Notes: generated by a model not told the origin, from the letters alone. A DNA stretch of 64,000 nucleotides from Eledone cirrhosa (GCA_964016885.1 OZ024741.1:41726001-41790000); one strand, 5' to 3'; numbered from the stretch's first letter, positions 12,660 through 25,299 are shown. Numbers and translations: made by a program.

Positions 12660-13700
12660 GGACGTAGCATAGTTAAATGATTTATAAACTAATTTCACAA
12701 TCATTTGGTCTTGGGTTTGATCCCACTGCGTGGAATCTTGGGTAAGTGTCATTTAGAATGTGTTTGGGTCAACCCACACCTTATGAGTGAAATTACATAG
12801 ATGGAAACTGTTTGGAAGCTCATCAGATGAACTGTACCTGAAATTCAAATGGTCCTCCCTGAGAATTATGTGTAGGTGTCACGATAAAAAGCACCCAGTA
12901 TACACTGTAAAGTGGTCATGTAGGTGACATGACAAAAAGCACCCAGTATACACTGTAAAGTGGTAATGTAGGTGACATGACAAAAAGCACCCAGTATACA
13001 CTGTAAAGTGGTCATGGAGGTGACATGACAAAAAGCACCCAGTATACACTGTAAAGTGGTCATGTAGGTGACACGACAAAAAGCACCCAGTATACACTGT
13101 AAAGTGGTCATGTAGGTGACACGACAAAAAGCACCCAGTATACACTGTAAAGTGGTCATGTAGGTGACACGACAAAAAGCACCCAGTATACACTGTAAAG
13201 TGGTCATGGAGGTGACATGACAAAAAGCACCCAGCATACACTGTAAAGTGGTCATGGAGGTGACATGACAAAAAGCACCCAGTATACACTGTAAAGTGGT
13301 CATGTAGGTGACACGACAAAAAGCACCCAGTATACACTGTAAAGTGGTCATGGAGGTGACATGACAAAAAGCACCCAGCATACACTGTAAAGTGGTCATT
13401 TAGGTGACACGACAAAAAGCACCCAGCCCACAATGTAAATGTGGTTGGCGTTAGGAACGGCATCCAGCTGTAGAAATCTAGTCAGAAACAGTTCTGTATG
13501 AGCAAGATACGGTCACCTGACCCAACTTGCTTCCAATGGCACAACCTGTCTAACCCATGCCGGCGTGGAAAGTGGACATTAAACAATGATGATGATGGTG
13601 ATGATACATGTGTTCATGGAATTTTTAGTCACTTCCACAATTTCATGCGCATGCTATTCCATTGACCGAAAAACTGGAACACACATTGCTGAAAGTAACA
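12660..13700 (+). mobile_element. SINE family D interrupted by an RTE-tail insertion
   Basis: tRNA-like head (gggtttgatccc B box) and CORE-like cttgggtaagtgtc; breaks after cctgagaattatg and resumes at gatacatgtgttcatggaat (~13602). Confidence 0.65.
12872..13604 (+). repeat. 48-bp minisatellite (~12 units) fused to an RTE-type 3' tail
   Basis: Unit gtaggtgacatgacaaaaagcacccagtatacactgtaaagtggtcat, then ggttggcgttaggaacggcatcc...acccatgc...(ATG)n. Confidence 0.95.
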
Positions 13701-14319
13701 GATGTCAATTCCATGATGATGATGGTGGTGATGGTGGTGGTGGTGGTGGTGGTGGGTAATGGTGATACTGAAGGTGATTCAAGATCAAAGGAATTCTAGT
13801 CATGACCACCCTGCCCCACCCTCCTATTGAGCATTGCCTATCTAGAACTACTACATTTTCCAGGTGCAAAGAAAACTACTCTAAAAACAAGTTGAGGATG
13901 GCCATGATTGTATTGTAATGTAGATTAACTTAAACAATTGAAATGGCCTACTTGATCCAAACATCTTTTGATAGAAATAAAAATGTGTTCTTTATATGCC
14001 ATTACTGACTCTTAATCTTGCTTCTATTGGAATGGTTTATTGCCATTCCTTTCTTGAAGTGGCTAAATGGTTTTTAAAATGGCAGTTAGCTATCAATAAC
14101 AGAAATGACATTTTATCGTTTAATCATTTTATACATCAAATGTTATTTAAAAGTTTCCATTAAAACATTGCTAATCCTTGAAAATTACAACATTACCATA
14201 TCACTCACCTATTACTATCAAACATCATAAAAGTCACTCAAAGAGTTTCTTATTAATTGTTCAACTTGCTGTCATACAACCTCCGTATATCATTTCCACA
14301 GCTTCTTTACCTATTTCAA

Positions 14320-15560
14320 TCATTTTGTTACCATATTTTTAACTTTTAGCACACTGTGGATTACAAATTGCGACAATAGAGTAATCTCCCCTTGATATAT
14401 AATGCAGTGTCAAGGGAAGTAATTCATAAACAATTTCAGTGTGCTGAAGATTAATGAAGTACACTGCCAATGTGTTTCAATTAATTATGAAAATAATCAA
14501 AACTTGGGGGAATTTAGTAATATAAGTAACTCTCTCACTATTATGTTGATGTTTGGAACATAACAAGGGTTCTTACATAAAAATTATAATGGAAAGCTTT
14601 TAAATAAATACAAATACTTCAAAATAAACAGTTTTGTAATGAAAAGGTTAAAGTGTTTGTATTTATCTAAAAACATTCCATCATAATTTTATCACAATCA
14701 CAATCTTTGTTAAATTGTTCCAAACACCTGCTTAATAATAAAAATGTTAGTTATATAACTAAATCTCTCCACATTCTTCATAATTTTCGAAATTAACTGA
14801 AAATCATAGGCAGTCTTTCATTAGTAATATGGTAACAAAAGGTTCAAGCTATATTCCAACCACTAACTTAATGAAAAAGTTAATTATATTACTAAATTCC
14901 TCCAAATTCTTGATTATTTCAAACTTTTTTTTTTAAAACATAGGCAGTGTTTTCTATTAGAAATATTATCTTGAAACCAGTTATTCTTTGTCACACAATA
15001 GAGAAAAAAATAATAATCCTATTTAATCAATAGATGAAAGATTGTCAAACAGGATATTACAAAATCTTTAAAAAAAAGAAAGGAAACTCCATACACTACC
15101 AAGAAAAAAAACCTTTTAGATTATTATGAAGGTAAATTTCTATTCAACTGAAATTACTAGCAATTTCACTCAATTATATGACCTTTTGAACAGCGTTTAG
15201 AGGGTAGATAAGGTCAACTAATTTAAGGAGAAAATTGGGAAAAATTATCACTATATTAAGAACAAGTCATACCCAGTCAAATATTTTATCTATTTTTAGA
15301 TCTTTATTTTAACCATTATTATTGGTTCCTTTTAAATAACTATTAACCTTTCATTACCATATTTCTAATGAAAGACAATGTCTCTGATTTTCAAATAACT
15401 TTGATAATAATCATGAAGTTATGTGGAATCTTATCTAAATTAATTATGAAATTACTAACTTTCTCATTATTAAGTTGGTGTTTTGAACATAACTTAAAGG
15501 TTCTTATACAAAATTATGATGGAAGATTTTTTAGTTAAATATAAGCACCTTAACCCTTTA
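14320..15560. mobile_element. Cluster of older AT-rich TTAA-flanked MITE copies (family F)
   Basis: Ends ttaacc(c)tttcattacca / aatgaaaag(g)gttaa and internal ggttcttacataaaa, shared with 51773-51940, ~58995-59242 and 63030-63217. Confidence 0.55.
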
Positions 15561-15899
15561 CTAATAGAATTTCTAATGAGATGTCATTCCATGCTACTAG
15601 ATATTTCCACCACTATACTTTCAACTATAAATCTATCAGAGAGCAGTCAGTAGTTTGACAGCTTGTGACCTTTAGCTTATTGAAAAACAATGCCTACACA
15701 CATATATGTAAACTTGTATAAGAGACTGAAGAAAGGTCACAAATTTGATGCCTCTTGTATTCTGGAGGTATGGTCAAATTTGGGACTTTGAAACCTCATG
15801 TAGCACTTTTGTTCTGTGTATGAACATAAATAAATAATATCATATATATATACATATTTATATATACCTCATCCTCCCTCTCCTGTTCTGTCCACTTTG

Positions 15900-16132
15900 T
15901 CGATGACACAACAGTCCACACTGTAAGGTGGCCATGTAGGAAACATGGTGAAAAGGCTCCCAGTCCACACTGTAAATGTGGTTGGTGTTAGGAAGGACAT
16001 CCAACTGTAAAATAAACCATGAGAGCGAGACATGTTCTCCCGAGCATTCTCGCAACAAATGGAACAAAACCATCTAACCCATGCTAGTGTGGAAGATGGA
16101 CGTTAAATGATGATGGTGATGATGATGATGAT
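15900..16132 (+). mobile_element. RTE-type 3' tail fragment
   Basis: Two 48-bp-type modules, ggttggtgttaggaaggacatcc, aacccatgctagtgtggaagatggacgttaaa and (ATG)n. Confidence 0.8.
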
Positions 16133-18161
16133 TATATATATATATTCACTTTAAAACAAAAATAAGAGGTAAACCTGTCTGAAAAGCTCAATTATGATTC
16201 ATGACCATGAGTTGAGAGGGAGTTGATAAAAATTCTCTAACCAGAATTTCTCAATAACCTTTCAAACTTTCATTCTGGGCAAGCAAAAGTAGTATACATT
16301 ATTATTATTTTAAGGGTGGTGGATCGACAGCATCAGTAGGACACCGGACAAAATGTATTGCAGTATTTAGTTATGACTTTTACATTCTGTGTTCAATTCC
16401 TCCAATGTCAACTTTGCCTTATGTCCCTCAGAGTAATAAAGTACCATTTTAAATACTGGGTCGATATAATCAACTTCCCCTTCCTTCATAATGCTTGTTT
16501 TCTACCAATGATAGAAAGATTGATTTATTCCTCTTAATCCTGAAATTCGTAATCCCATGTGGGTTGATTCTCTCATCATCATTAGAAGCATGTATATGAA
16601 AATTAGTAGCAGACATATGCCAGTGCTAAATCATTCAACTCTACACAAACCATCCCTTGCAAATATTTTGAGCTGGTACAAATGAGTTGTGAGAAGATAT
16701 CATCATGAACAGAATTAAGTGTTGATGCAATAATGAAGAATTTTACAAGACATTTCTTCACAACAAAGTTATGGAATGCCTTTGCTCTGGGGCAGCAAAA
16801 ATCCACAAAGTCTTAAACATTAATCTTACTGGAATAAAACAAAATTAAAAAACAAAACAAAAAAAAAATTAATAGTCTAAAAATCAATTAACTATAACAG
16901 CCCGCCTCCTCTAGTGAGAATGGAATTGTGGTAGGAGAATGAAATCTTTATTACCGAAATAAAATTCCTTCAATCCATCACTTTAAAGTTGCAAATAATA
17001 TAAATGAATTTAGCATAAACAAACCCAAAAAATCCTCATTAATTATGAAAATAAATAACAAGTATAAAACAAAACCAACAAAACAACCAGTATAAGGTGA
17101 CATTGACAATTAAAAGCTAGAATTAATTTCTAGAACTTTAAATGAAAAAAAAAAAATTTATTTTTAATAAAACAAAACCACTTTAGCTTATCAATAAAGA
17201 ATTTTACAGAGTTTTGTTTTTAACTATGTCTTAGAATTTTTTCGTTTTCTTTTCTTATTTTACTTTTAACAACATTTAAAAAAATTTTTAATTTATTTTT
17301 AATTCTTATTTATTTATTTTTTTACAAGTCGTGAAATTAAACAAACAGTTTAATGTGTTGCAAATCTAACAGCTTAAATTTTGATAAAGTTTTCTATTAC
17401 ATGTTTTAAAATCGATTTTTTTTTTTTTTTTTAAACCATTTGAATGTCAAATACATAAATAAATAAAAACGCAACAAAAAAAATGTTTAAGAAGGAAAAA
17501 AAAAATACCAAAAAAAGAAACAGTACAACACACTAAAAAGAGAAATTTTTCAATTCATTACTAATGTCTTAAAATTTAACAGAATTAATTAACCACCACT
17601 ACTCCCCACCTCCTCACCCTGGCCCGGCCCACAAAAAAAAAGAAATAAAAACAATAAAAAATATATTACAAAAAGCAATATATGGTATCCAGAAACAAAA
17701 AAAAAATCAGTGAAAGAAAATTTTAAATAGCAACAACAAAAACAATAGTAAGACAAGAGAAGATATAATACTATTGATTACTAACAGTGTTTAGATGTCT
17801 GATTATACACTTGTTAATTAATCGTAAACAGTGTGTGTGTGTGTGTGTGTGTGTCACAAGGTATTTTGTCCTACACTCTAACTACTGCCAGTTCACTGCC
17901 AAGTGCAATCAAGACTATTCATTGTACAACCACCTGGCTTCTGATGTAATCAAACAGCATGCCACCTTGGATATGCATATGACTTCTACTATAGCTGTGG
18001 GTTTACCAATACTCCACAAGTGAATGTGGTAAGCAGAAACTGTACAAATGTGTATGCAAGCATGTGTGTCTGTGATTGGGGATTGCTGGACAGATGTAGA
18101 GATATATTATCTTCAATTAAATAATTTCTTTTTGTATGAAGCAGGCAGCAGCCTACATAAT

Positions 18162-18338
18162 TGTTTCTACTTTAGGCACAAGGCCAGCAATTACCCAGTA
18201 CATTACTGGTACTTTATTTTATCGACCCCGTAAGGATGAAAGGTAAAGTTAACCTCGGCGGGATTTGAACTCAGACTGTAAAGGGACGTAACTGTGCTAG
18301 AAAGCATGGCGTCCAGCCCTCTACCAATACTGCCAATT
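18162..18338 (-). mobile_element. tRNA-derived Nin/Deu-domain SINE (family B)
   Basis: A box tggcagtattgg, B box gagttcaaatcc, Nin-like ctttcatccttacggggtcgataaaa; 13-bp TSD cagcctacataat at 18149-61 and 18339-51. Confidence 0.9.
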
Positions 18339-18786
18339 CAGCCTACATAATGTTATGTAATATTACTATTGAAATGGCAAGAGCTCAGCCATTGGTCCCA
18401 ACACTTTATAATATATCCATACTCGACTATCCCAGAGTACTGTTGAGTAATAGTTTAACCAGTTTCAAACTGAATCCATCCTGATTTATATATATATACT
18501 AGAAATGTCAGTGGATGGAAGCCACAGTAGAGGCAAACCGAGAAAGACCTGGGCAGAGGTGATGAGGGCTGACCTCAAATTGTTGAGACTCACACAGAAT
18601 GTAAGACTTGTAAGCCTTCTATGAAATAATATCCTCATATTTTCAACAGTTCATCTCTATAGTTACCATATTTATTTGTTAAAATTCAGAAGAAAGAAAA
18701 TGAGTTGATTATTTTTTTGTTACATATTGTCTGGAGGAATGGACAGTGCCCATGCCTTCACAACCTCTCTCCACTGACCAGAGACA

Positions 18787-18975
18787 AGGGCCAGCTTTAA
18801 TGGGTGGCAAAGGGGGGAAATGCTCTGGAACCCTGTTGTGGGGAGAGGGAGCCCACCAGCGACATCCGTAGCAATTTATTTGTACCCTCAGCTGGGATTT
18901 TTAGTTTTAGGATGGTTAGAATTTTTGAATTTAATACCTGTAATCGAAAAGATATAATCTTTCCAATTCCCAGTT
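18787..18975 (+). mobile_element. DNA transposon family E, partial
   Basis: Homologous to 3700-3860. Confidence 0.6.
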
Positions 18976-19188
18976 AACTTTGTCTTTCATCCTCACAGGG
19001 TTCAGAAAATAAAGCACCAGTAATGTACTGAGGTCGATTTAATCAACTTTCACTTCCCTCAAAAATTTCAGGCCTATTGCATATAGTAGAAATCATTTGC
19101 CTTTCATCCTTACGGGGTCGATAAAATAAAGTACCAGTAATACACTGGATAATTGCTGGCCTTGTGCCTAAAGTAGAAACAATTATTT
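18972..19188 (+). mobile_element. Two nested Nin-domain SINE 3' halves
   Basis: Two tttcatcct...ggg.tc..aaaataaag.accagtaat cores, each followed by a ggcct..tg...agtagaaa tail. Confidence 0.75.
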
Positions 19189-19362
19189 CTTAAATATGTG
19201 TAAATACAGATTTACACAGAGATATATAGAGCAAAGATCCGCTAAGGTGAAACAATTGTTCTTGGTATGGTGAACTAACTGTTGTGTACCCACTTCTACC
19301 TAACTCGTCCCTTGGACTGAGTGCTCTACCACTACGGATATTACCTTCCAGTGTTCCACCAC

Positions 19363-19393
<31 letters not shown>

Positions 19394-20211
19394 GCATATA
19401 TATAATAATACCAAGATGGCGACAAGGAAGGTCGCTTGACCAAACAAAATATAATATTTTCACCAAAAACTGCCCTTTAAACACATGTCAGATGGATTAC
19501 AATATTCATTATTACAATTACTCTGACTGTTCCCTGACAACTAGTACCAGCTTCAACATAGAATTATTTTAACGAAGTATATTTAATTTGACTTGATTTT
19601 CGCCAACAAACCACGTGTGGACATGGACGGGGAAAAAGGGAAAAAAACAAACAAATCACTACATCCCTTAGGGATCGCAGTAAGTACTTCACAAAACATA
19701 TAAACAACAATATACACACAGATTTATATACAGATATATACCATATGCATATACACACATACGTGAAAAGAAACCACACTATTTCGTGTGAGACACTATA
19801 CCGGCCAATCTTACGTACATTGGTAAAATATCTCTGAACATTGACTTCGCTTCTAACCCACATACACCTTTTAATTATATATATATACTAGCAGCTGAAA
19901 GTTAATAATTTGAAAAATATTATTGAAAGTTTATTATAAAGAAGCAGTATCAGGGAAAAAAAAAAACGTTATTTCGCTGTTAATAAACTGTTGCCTTCTA
20001 CAGTACGTTTCATTTAACTTACGCAGCATATTTATTTGTTTACATGCACAGACTCTTCTGTACACACACAACATTTAGGAAAACGGAAACAAAATACATA
20101 AAAACAAAACAAAAAAACAGACATTTTATTTCTATCGTAATCAAGTGCGCTAAACCTATATTGTTTACATTCTGTGTTTTTCTACGGGTGGGTAGAAATA
20201 ACAAAATTGCC

Positions 20212-21458
20212 ATGGTGATATCCATCGATGAAGTATGCGACAAAACTGGTCGATGTTCCAAATTAGAACATTGCCCAGAAAACCACATCTGCCATATCTG
20301 TGCGGAACCCGAAAACTCGTTCCATAATCGCTGGGTCGAATGTGGAACCTGTCACATCTCTGTCTGCCTTCAATGCGCCACAGGCTTCCGGAGGATCCCA
20401 GGCCCAAAAAAAAAGAGACATAATGCTATGATGGATGGAATCTGGGAGATGGTCCAGCTAAAATCCTGGTCCTTTCAGTGCCTGGCCTGTGTGCCTGCCT
20501 CCACTAATGTTATTGAAAAACAACAACAACAACAACCAATGACTGTATCTTCCTCTACCATTGTTACTGAACAACGGCAAAAACCTATGACACTGGCTTC
20601 TACTGCTATTCCTGTGGGAGAACATCAGAAGCAACAACAACCCATGTCTTCCGCTCCCAGTACATCTCGACACCAACAACCTGCGACTGTGTCTTCCCCT
20701 ACCATTCCCGTGGAGGAACATTATCATCACCAACAACAACAGCAACAACAACCTGCGACTGTGTCTTCCCTACCATTCCCGTGGAGGAACATCATCATCA
20801 CCAACAACAACAACAACAACCGACCAGTACAGATTTTGCAGAATTGCAGCTAATGATTTCTGCTTTAAGAAGGGAAGTAACAGGAATAAAGGCAAGCATT
20901 CGGGTAGGACCCCACAATGAGGAGTCTTATCGGAATGCCTTGCTAAAGAATCTCCCTGTACCTCTTGTCGTATCTGGCCACACTGAAAAGACTGCGGAAT
21001 CTGCTACCCATGAAGTGATTGCCATTGGGGTACCAGAGGACAAGGCTGATCTTCAGGCATTTGCTGCCAGCTCAGCCAAAGAACTAGGCTGTGTTCCCCC
21101 AAAGGGTGCTCTCCGCCTTGGTCGACCTGGTCCAAATCCCAGACTCATCAGGCTGTCTTTTTCGGACCTCGCTGAGGCAACCTCATACCATCTGGCCTCT
21201 GTTAAAGCTGGGCGTGAAGATCGGATTACCTTCCGAACACGCCCAGGCCTACCACCCCATGTACGTCCAAAGCTCCGTGCTGCAGCTTCCTTGAATCGGA
21301 ACTCAGCACAACATGAAAGTTTTAGTCTGTGTGATGATGGGCAGATCTGGAGGTTTGTCAAGGCTGGTGAAACATGGAAGAGAGATACCAGCTGGTCTGA
21401 GTGTGATCTACCCATAATAACTGGCAATGTAAAAACTGCTACAACTCTGGGAAACTAA
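20212..21458 (+). pseudogene. CR1 ORF1 (~415 aa): PHD-like Cys finger, Gln-rich repeats, coiled coil, RRM-like region; one frameshift
   Basis: ATG in gccATGg context at 20212; CHIC..WVECGTC..CLQC..FQCLAC; FAELQLMISALRREV; VIAIGVPE..RLGR..PRLIRLSF; 1-bp loss (cccc>ccc) at ~20770 relative to the preceding internal repeat. Confidence 0.85.
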
Positions 21459-24278
21459 ACCAGAACAACCTGCCACCCTCTACACACCATCATAAACTGC
21501 GAGCAGAGTACAAATTGTTGTCCTTAAATGCTCACAGTTTATGCAAGAAGATACATCTGTTTGAATCCTACGTCAGAAGCATCAACCCTGACTTCATCAC
21601 AGTCACAGAAACATGGGCACATTCCTTACTCTGTGATGGGGTTTTCAGCATTACTGGGTACAACCTTTTCCGCAAGGACCGCATTAATCGCCGTGGTGGT
21701 GGTGTGATGGTCTACGTTCGTTCAAACTTTTCGGTAATTCCTTGCGTTGATTTGAACGAATCACAGGAAGAAGTTTTTTTCTGTGACATACATATGACCA
21801 TGTCAACACTTCTGCTTGGTGTTGTTTATAGCCCCCCAAACTACCATCAGGACACACAGCTTTGCGATATCCTCAGAGTTGCTGGCAAGAAAACAGCCAC
21901 TTATGTGTTTATTGCAGGTGACTTCAATCATCCTGAGATCGATTGGGAAACCTTTCGTTGGCCACAAGGTGCAAACTATTTCCTTGAACTAGTGCTGGAC
22001 TCAAACTGGTCACAAGTAGTCACCTCTCCAACAAGAGGTGACAACACTTTGGACCTGATCTTCACCACTACTCCTGAAGTGGTTATCAGTTGTACTACTG
22101 AGGAACCTCTAGGCGACTCTGATCATGCTATGATCATTGCCAATCTGGCACTTGAGGGCAGCAACAAAAACCAGAGCCATCTCCAATCTGCTTGCTTTGA
22201 TTGGAAGAGGGCAGATTGGAACTTGTACTGCACTGAGCTACAGCGCCCAAACTGGCATGAGATGTATAACTCTGGAGATGTTAACACTATACTCCAGAGC
22301 ATCCTGGACTCAATATGGATAGCGCGTGCAGCATCGGTGCCACGGAAGCGGAAAAATAACCAGCCCAAAAGTGCAATTTGGGAAACTTCAGCGGTCTGAC
22401 TTGCCAGGAAAGAACGTCGGAACGCTGAACGGGAATATAAACTGCATAAATCAGATGCCAACAGAAAAAAGTGGAATAAATCTGCTAACCATCTCAAGCA
22501 AGTGACAAAGAAGGCAGTGCTTGAATTTGAACAGTGCATAGCAACCAATCCTGACAGTAAGGTGTTCTGGAAATATGTTCATTCAAAGCAGAAACCTCAC
22601 TCTCCAGTTGGTCCTCTTCGCAATCCCCACACAAGCCAGATCACTAACGATCCCAAAGAATGCGCAGAACTCATTGCTGAGTGCTATGCAAGTATTTTTA
22701 CTGTTGAAAACCAGAATGTACCATCTCCACCATTTCTAACATCAAATTCCATAACAACTATGGAATTTACACCTGCAATGTTGCGACGTCACCTTAAGAA
22801 TAAGCGGAACTATGCCTCCCCTGGTCTTGATGGTGTGACATATCTGCTTCTCAAACGTGGCGGGTATTTCCTTTTGCGCCAGCTTTCTTTCTTCTTTCAA
22901 TACTGTCTCAACAATGGTGCTACTCCAGTGCAGTGGAAAACTGCCAGTGTCATTCCCCTGTTCAAAAAGGGCAACCGCATGTCACCTGTCAACTATCGTC
23001 CAGTCAGTCTTACTAGCTGTATGGCCAAACTGATGGAATCCTGTGTCAGAGAAACACTTTGGAACTTCTGGAGCTCTCACAGCCTCATCCGGCCCTCACA
23101 GTTTGGATTTATCCCTAACTCCATCTGCTGTGATCAGCTTATCGAGTTCCTTGAAGACATAACCCGGATCACTGACAGCGGCTCATGGGTGGCTGTTGTT
23201 TATGTTGACTTTGCTAAGGCTTTTAATTCTGTGCCACACAAAAGACTTATGGCAAAACTCTCTGCAATGGGTGTGAGGGATGATCTTTTCGACTGGTTGA
23301 AATCCTTCATTCTCAGCCGAAAAGAAGTAGTCACTGTTCTAGGACAGCATTCTTCACCATATGAGATGTCACTGGTGTACCACAGGGATCGGTTCTTGGT
23401 CCCCTTTTGTTCGTGGCATATATTAATGACATAGATGCCAACTTACAGAATGCCACGGTACTGAAGTATGCAGATGACATCAAGCTGTACCTTGAAATCA
23501 AAAGGACTGATCCTGAAATTTACAACTCTTTCCTACAATCAGACCTGGACACAATGCAGCAATGGATCACAGACTGGCAACTGAAGCTGGCTGTGGACAA
23601 GTGTACCACCATGCATTTTGGAAGGAAAAATCCAGCGTCCACATACTCCCTCCACAACACTGATATCAAGAAGTCCTCTTGTGAACGTGACCTGGGCAAT
23701 ACTGTGAGCAGCGATTTGCGTTGGACAAAGCATGTCTCTAAGATTGTCAAGAAGGCCGAGGGTGTCTTGGCATAACTCAGCAAGACTTTTGTTAGCCGCT
23801 CTCCAGCCATCTATTTAAAACTGTATACAGCTATGGTACGACCACACTTGGAATTCGCATCATCAGTCTGGAACCCCTATCTTGCTCAGAACATTGACCT
23901 CCTGGAAACTGTTCAGAGACGTGCAACCAAGCGCATACCCTCCATCAGACATCTGCCATACTCTGAACGCCTTGCTTCCCTGGGCATGGATTCATTGAAG
24001 CTCCGACGTCTGGCAACGGACTTGGTGAATACCCACAAAGTTATTAACCATCTCGCCAATTGCAACCCTGAGCGCCTTTTTGATCTCATGTGTCTAACAC
24101 ACGTGGACATGCCTACAAAATCAGAAAACAGCACAGCTCCCATGACTTTCGTAGACATTTTTTCACGCTCAGATTTGCTGAAGCATGGAACAAACTGCCT
24201 GCGTCAGTTGTTAGCTGCCGAGACACTGCATCCTTTAAGACACTCATGCTTCCCGAAATATGCCAAAACTACACCTGA
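21407..24278 (+). pseudogene. CR1 ORF2: apurinic endonuclease plus reverse transcriptase, inactivated
   Basis: APE motifs LNAHSL, VTETW, GDFNHP, LDLIFT, SDH; RT KYADDIK. Lesions versus copy 2: CGA>TGA at 22397, 1-bp deletion ~23370, TCA>TAA at 23773, 1-bp deletion ~24085. Confidence 0.92.
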
Positions 24279-24788
24279 TGTCCCCCTTCCATACACATGC
24301 ACACATGTGTGTATCATGACTCGTGCACTGTTCATTTTACTGATGTTTGTGCATTGCCCTATGTACTGTACATGCACTTTTTGATGAGTTGTGGTGCACC
24401 TGGGCACTGTACACAATATTTCATTATTATTATTATTATTATTATATCATGACTCGTACACTGTTCATTTTCCTGACATTTGTACATTATTCTACGTACT
24501 ATACATGCACCTTTGATGAGTTGTAGTGCACCTGAGCACTGTACACAATAATTTCATTATTATTATTATAGATGAAAATAAGCATGGAATCATTAATCCA
24601 TATTGTAATAATGAAATAGGCTTTGTTGTTCATTTGCCACATGAAAGCAAGGATCTGGCAAAAATGCTCTAAACATATTTAAAATTCATGCAACAGAAAT
24701 GTAAGCTCCAAAAGAGAGTGGTAATTTTTCTAGAAACCTATCATTCATAACAGAAATGAGTGTTCTCATGAGTGTATGTATATGTGTC

Positions 24789-24820
<32 letters not shown>

Positions 24821-24898
24821 CATATATATATCCAAACTGAACTTAAAACGGTAAGTTCTTGTTTTTTGGATATGTCAATAATTATAAAACAACTTTTG

Positions 24899-24959
24899 TA
24901 TTTTATCTGATGAGAGCGTACCTAAATTTTGGTACCCTTGAAATATATATAATAAAATA
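24899..24959 (+). ncRNA. Minimal type I hammerhead ribozyme (Penelope/retrozyme type)
   Basis: Stem I tattttat/ataaaata; CTGATGA 24907-13; stem II gag.gtacc/ggtac.ctt; GAAA 24940-43; palindromic stem III tatata; UA cleavage site 24950-51. Confidence 0.8.
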
Positions 24960-25213
24960 AATATGGTTTTATAAAGATAGTTTCCATCTATTAATATCAT
25001 TGATATTATACTCCAGAAGAAATCCTGTAGAGTGCTTTGAATCTGTTATAAATAAATTTGTTGAATAACCAACAAATTACATATCTCTTTGCTTATATAT
25101 ATATATATGCATACCTTTATACATTTAAATGTATGTATCAATGTTTATATATATATAGAGAGAGAGAGAGAGAAAGATGCATGCCTTTATACATTTATAT
25201 GTATGTATGAATG

Positions 25214-25245
<32 letters not shown>

Positions 25246-25299
25246 CTCTTTTACCTGTTCCAGACATCCAGCTGACGCCATGCTGGGGCACCGCCCCGC

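Larger units (their letters stand above)
19890..24570 (+). mobile_element. Near full-length CR1-clade LINE (disabled); 5' boundary approximate
   Basis: ORF1, APE, RT, duplicated 3'UTR ending (TTA)n; CR1-type motifs ERDLG, RPHLEFASSVWNP, LETVQRRATK, NTRGH, AWNKLP. Confidence 0.95.

Noticed and set aside
12866-13463. Cys/His-rich repeat proteins or a CRISPR-like array
   Set aside because: Contiguous 48-bp tandem units with no unique spacers, derived from the RTE tail; eukaryotic context, no cas genes.
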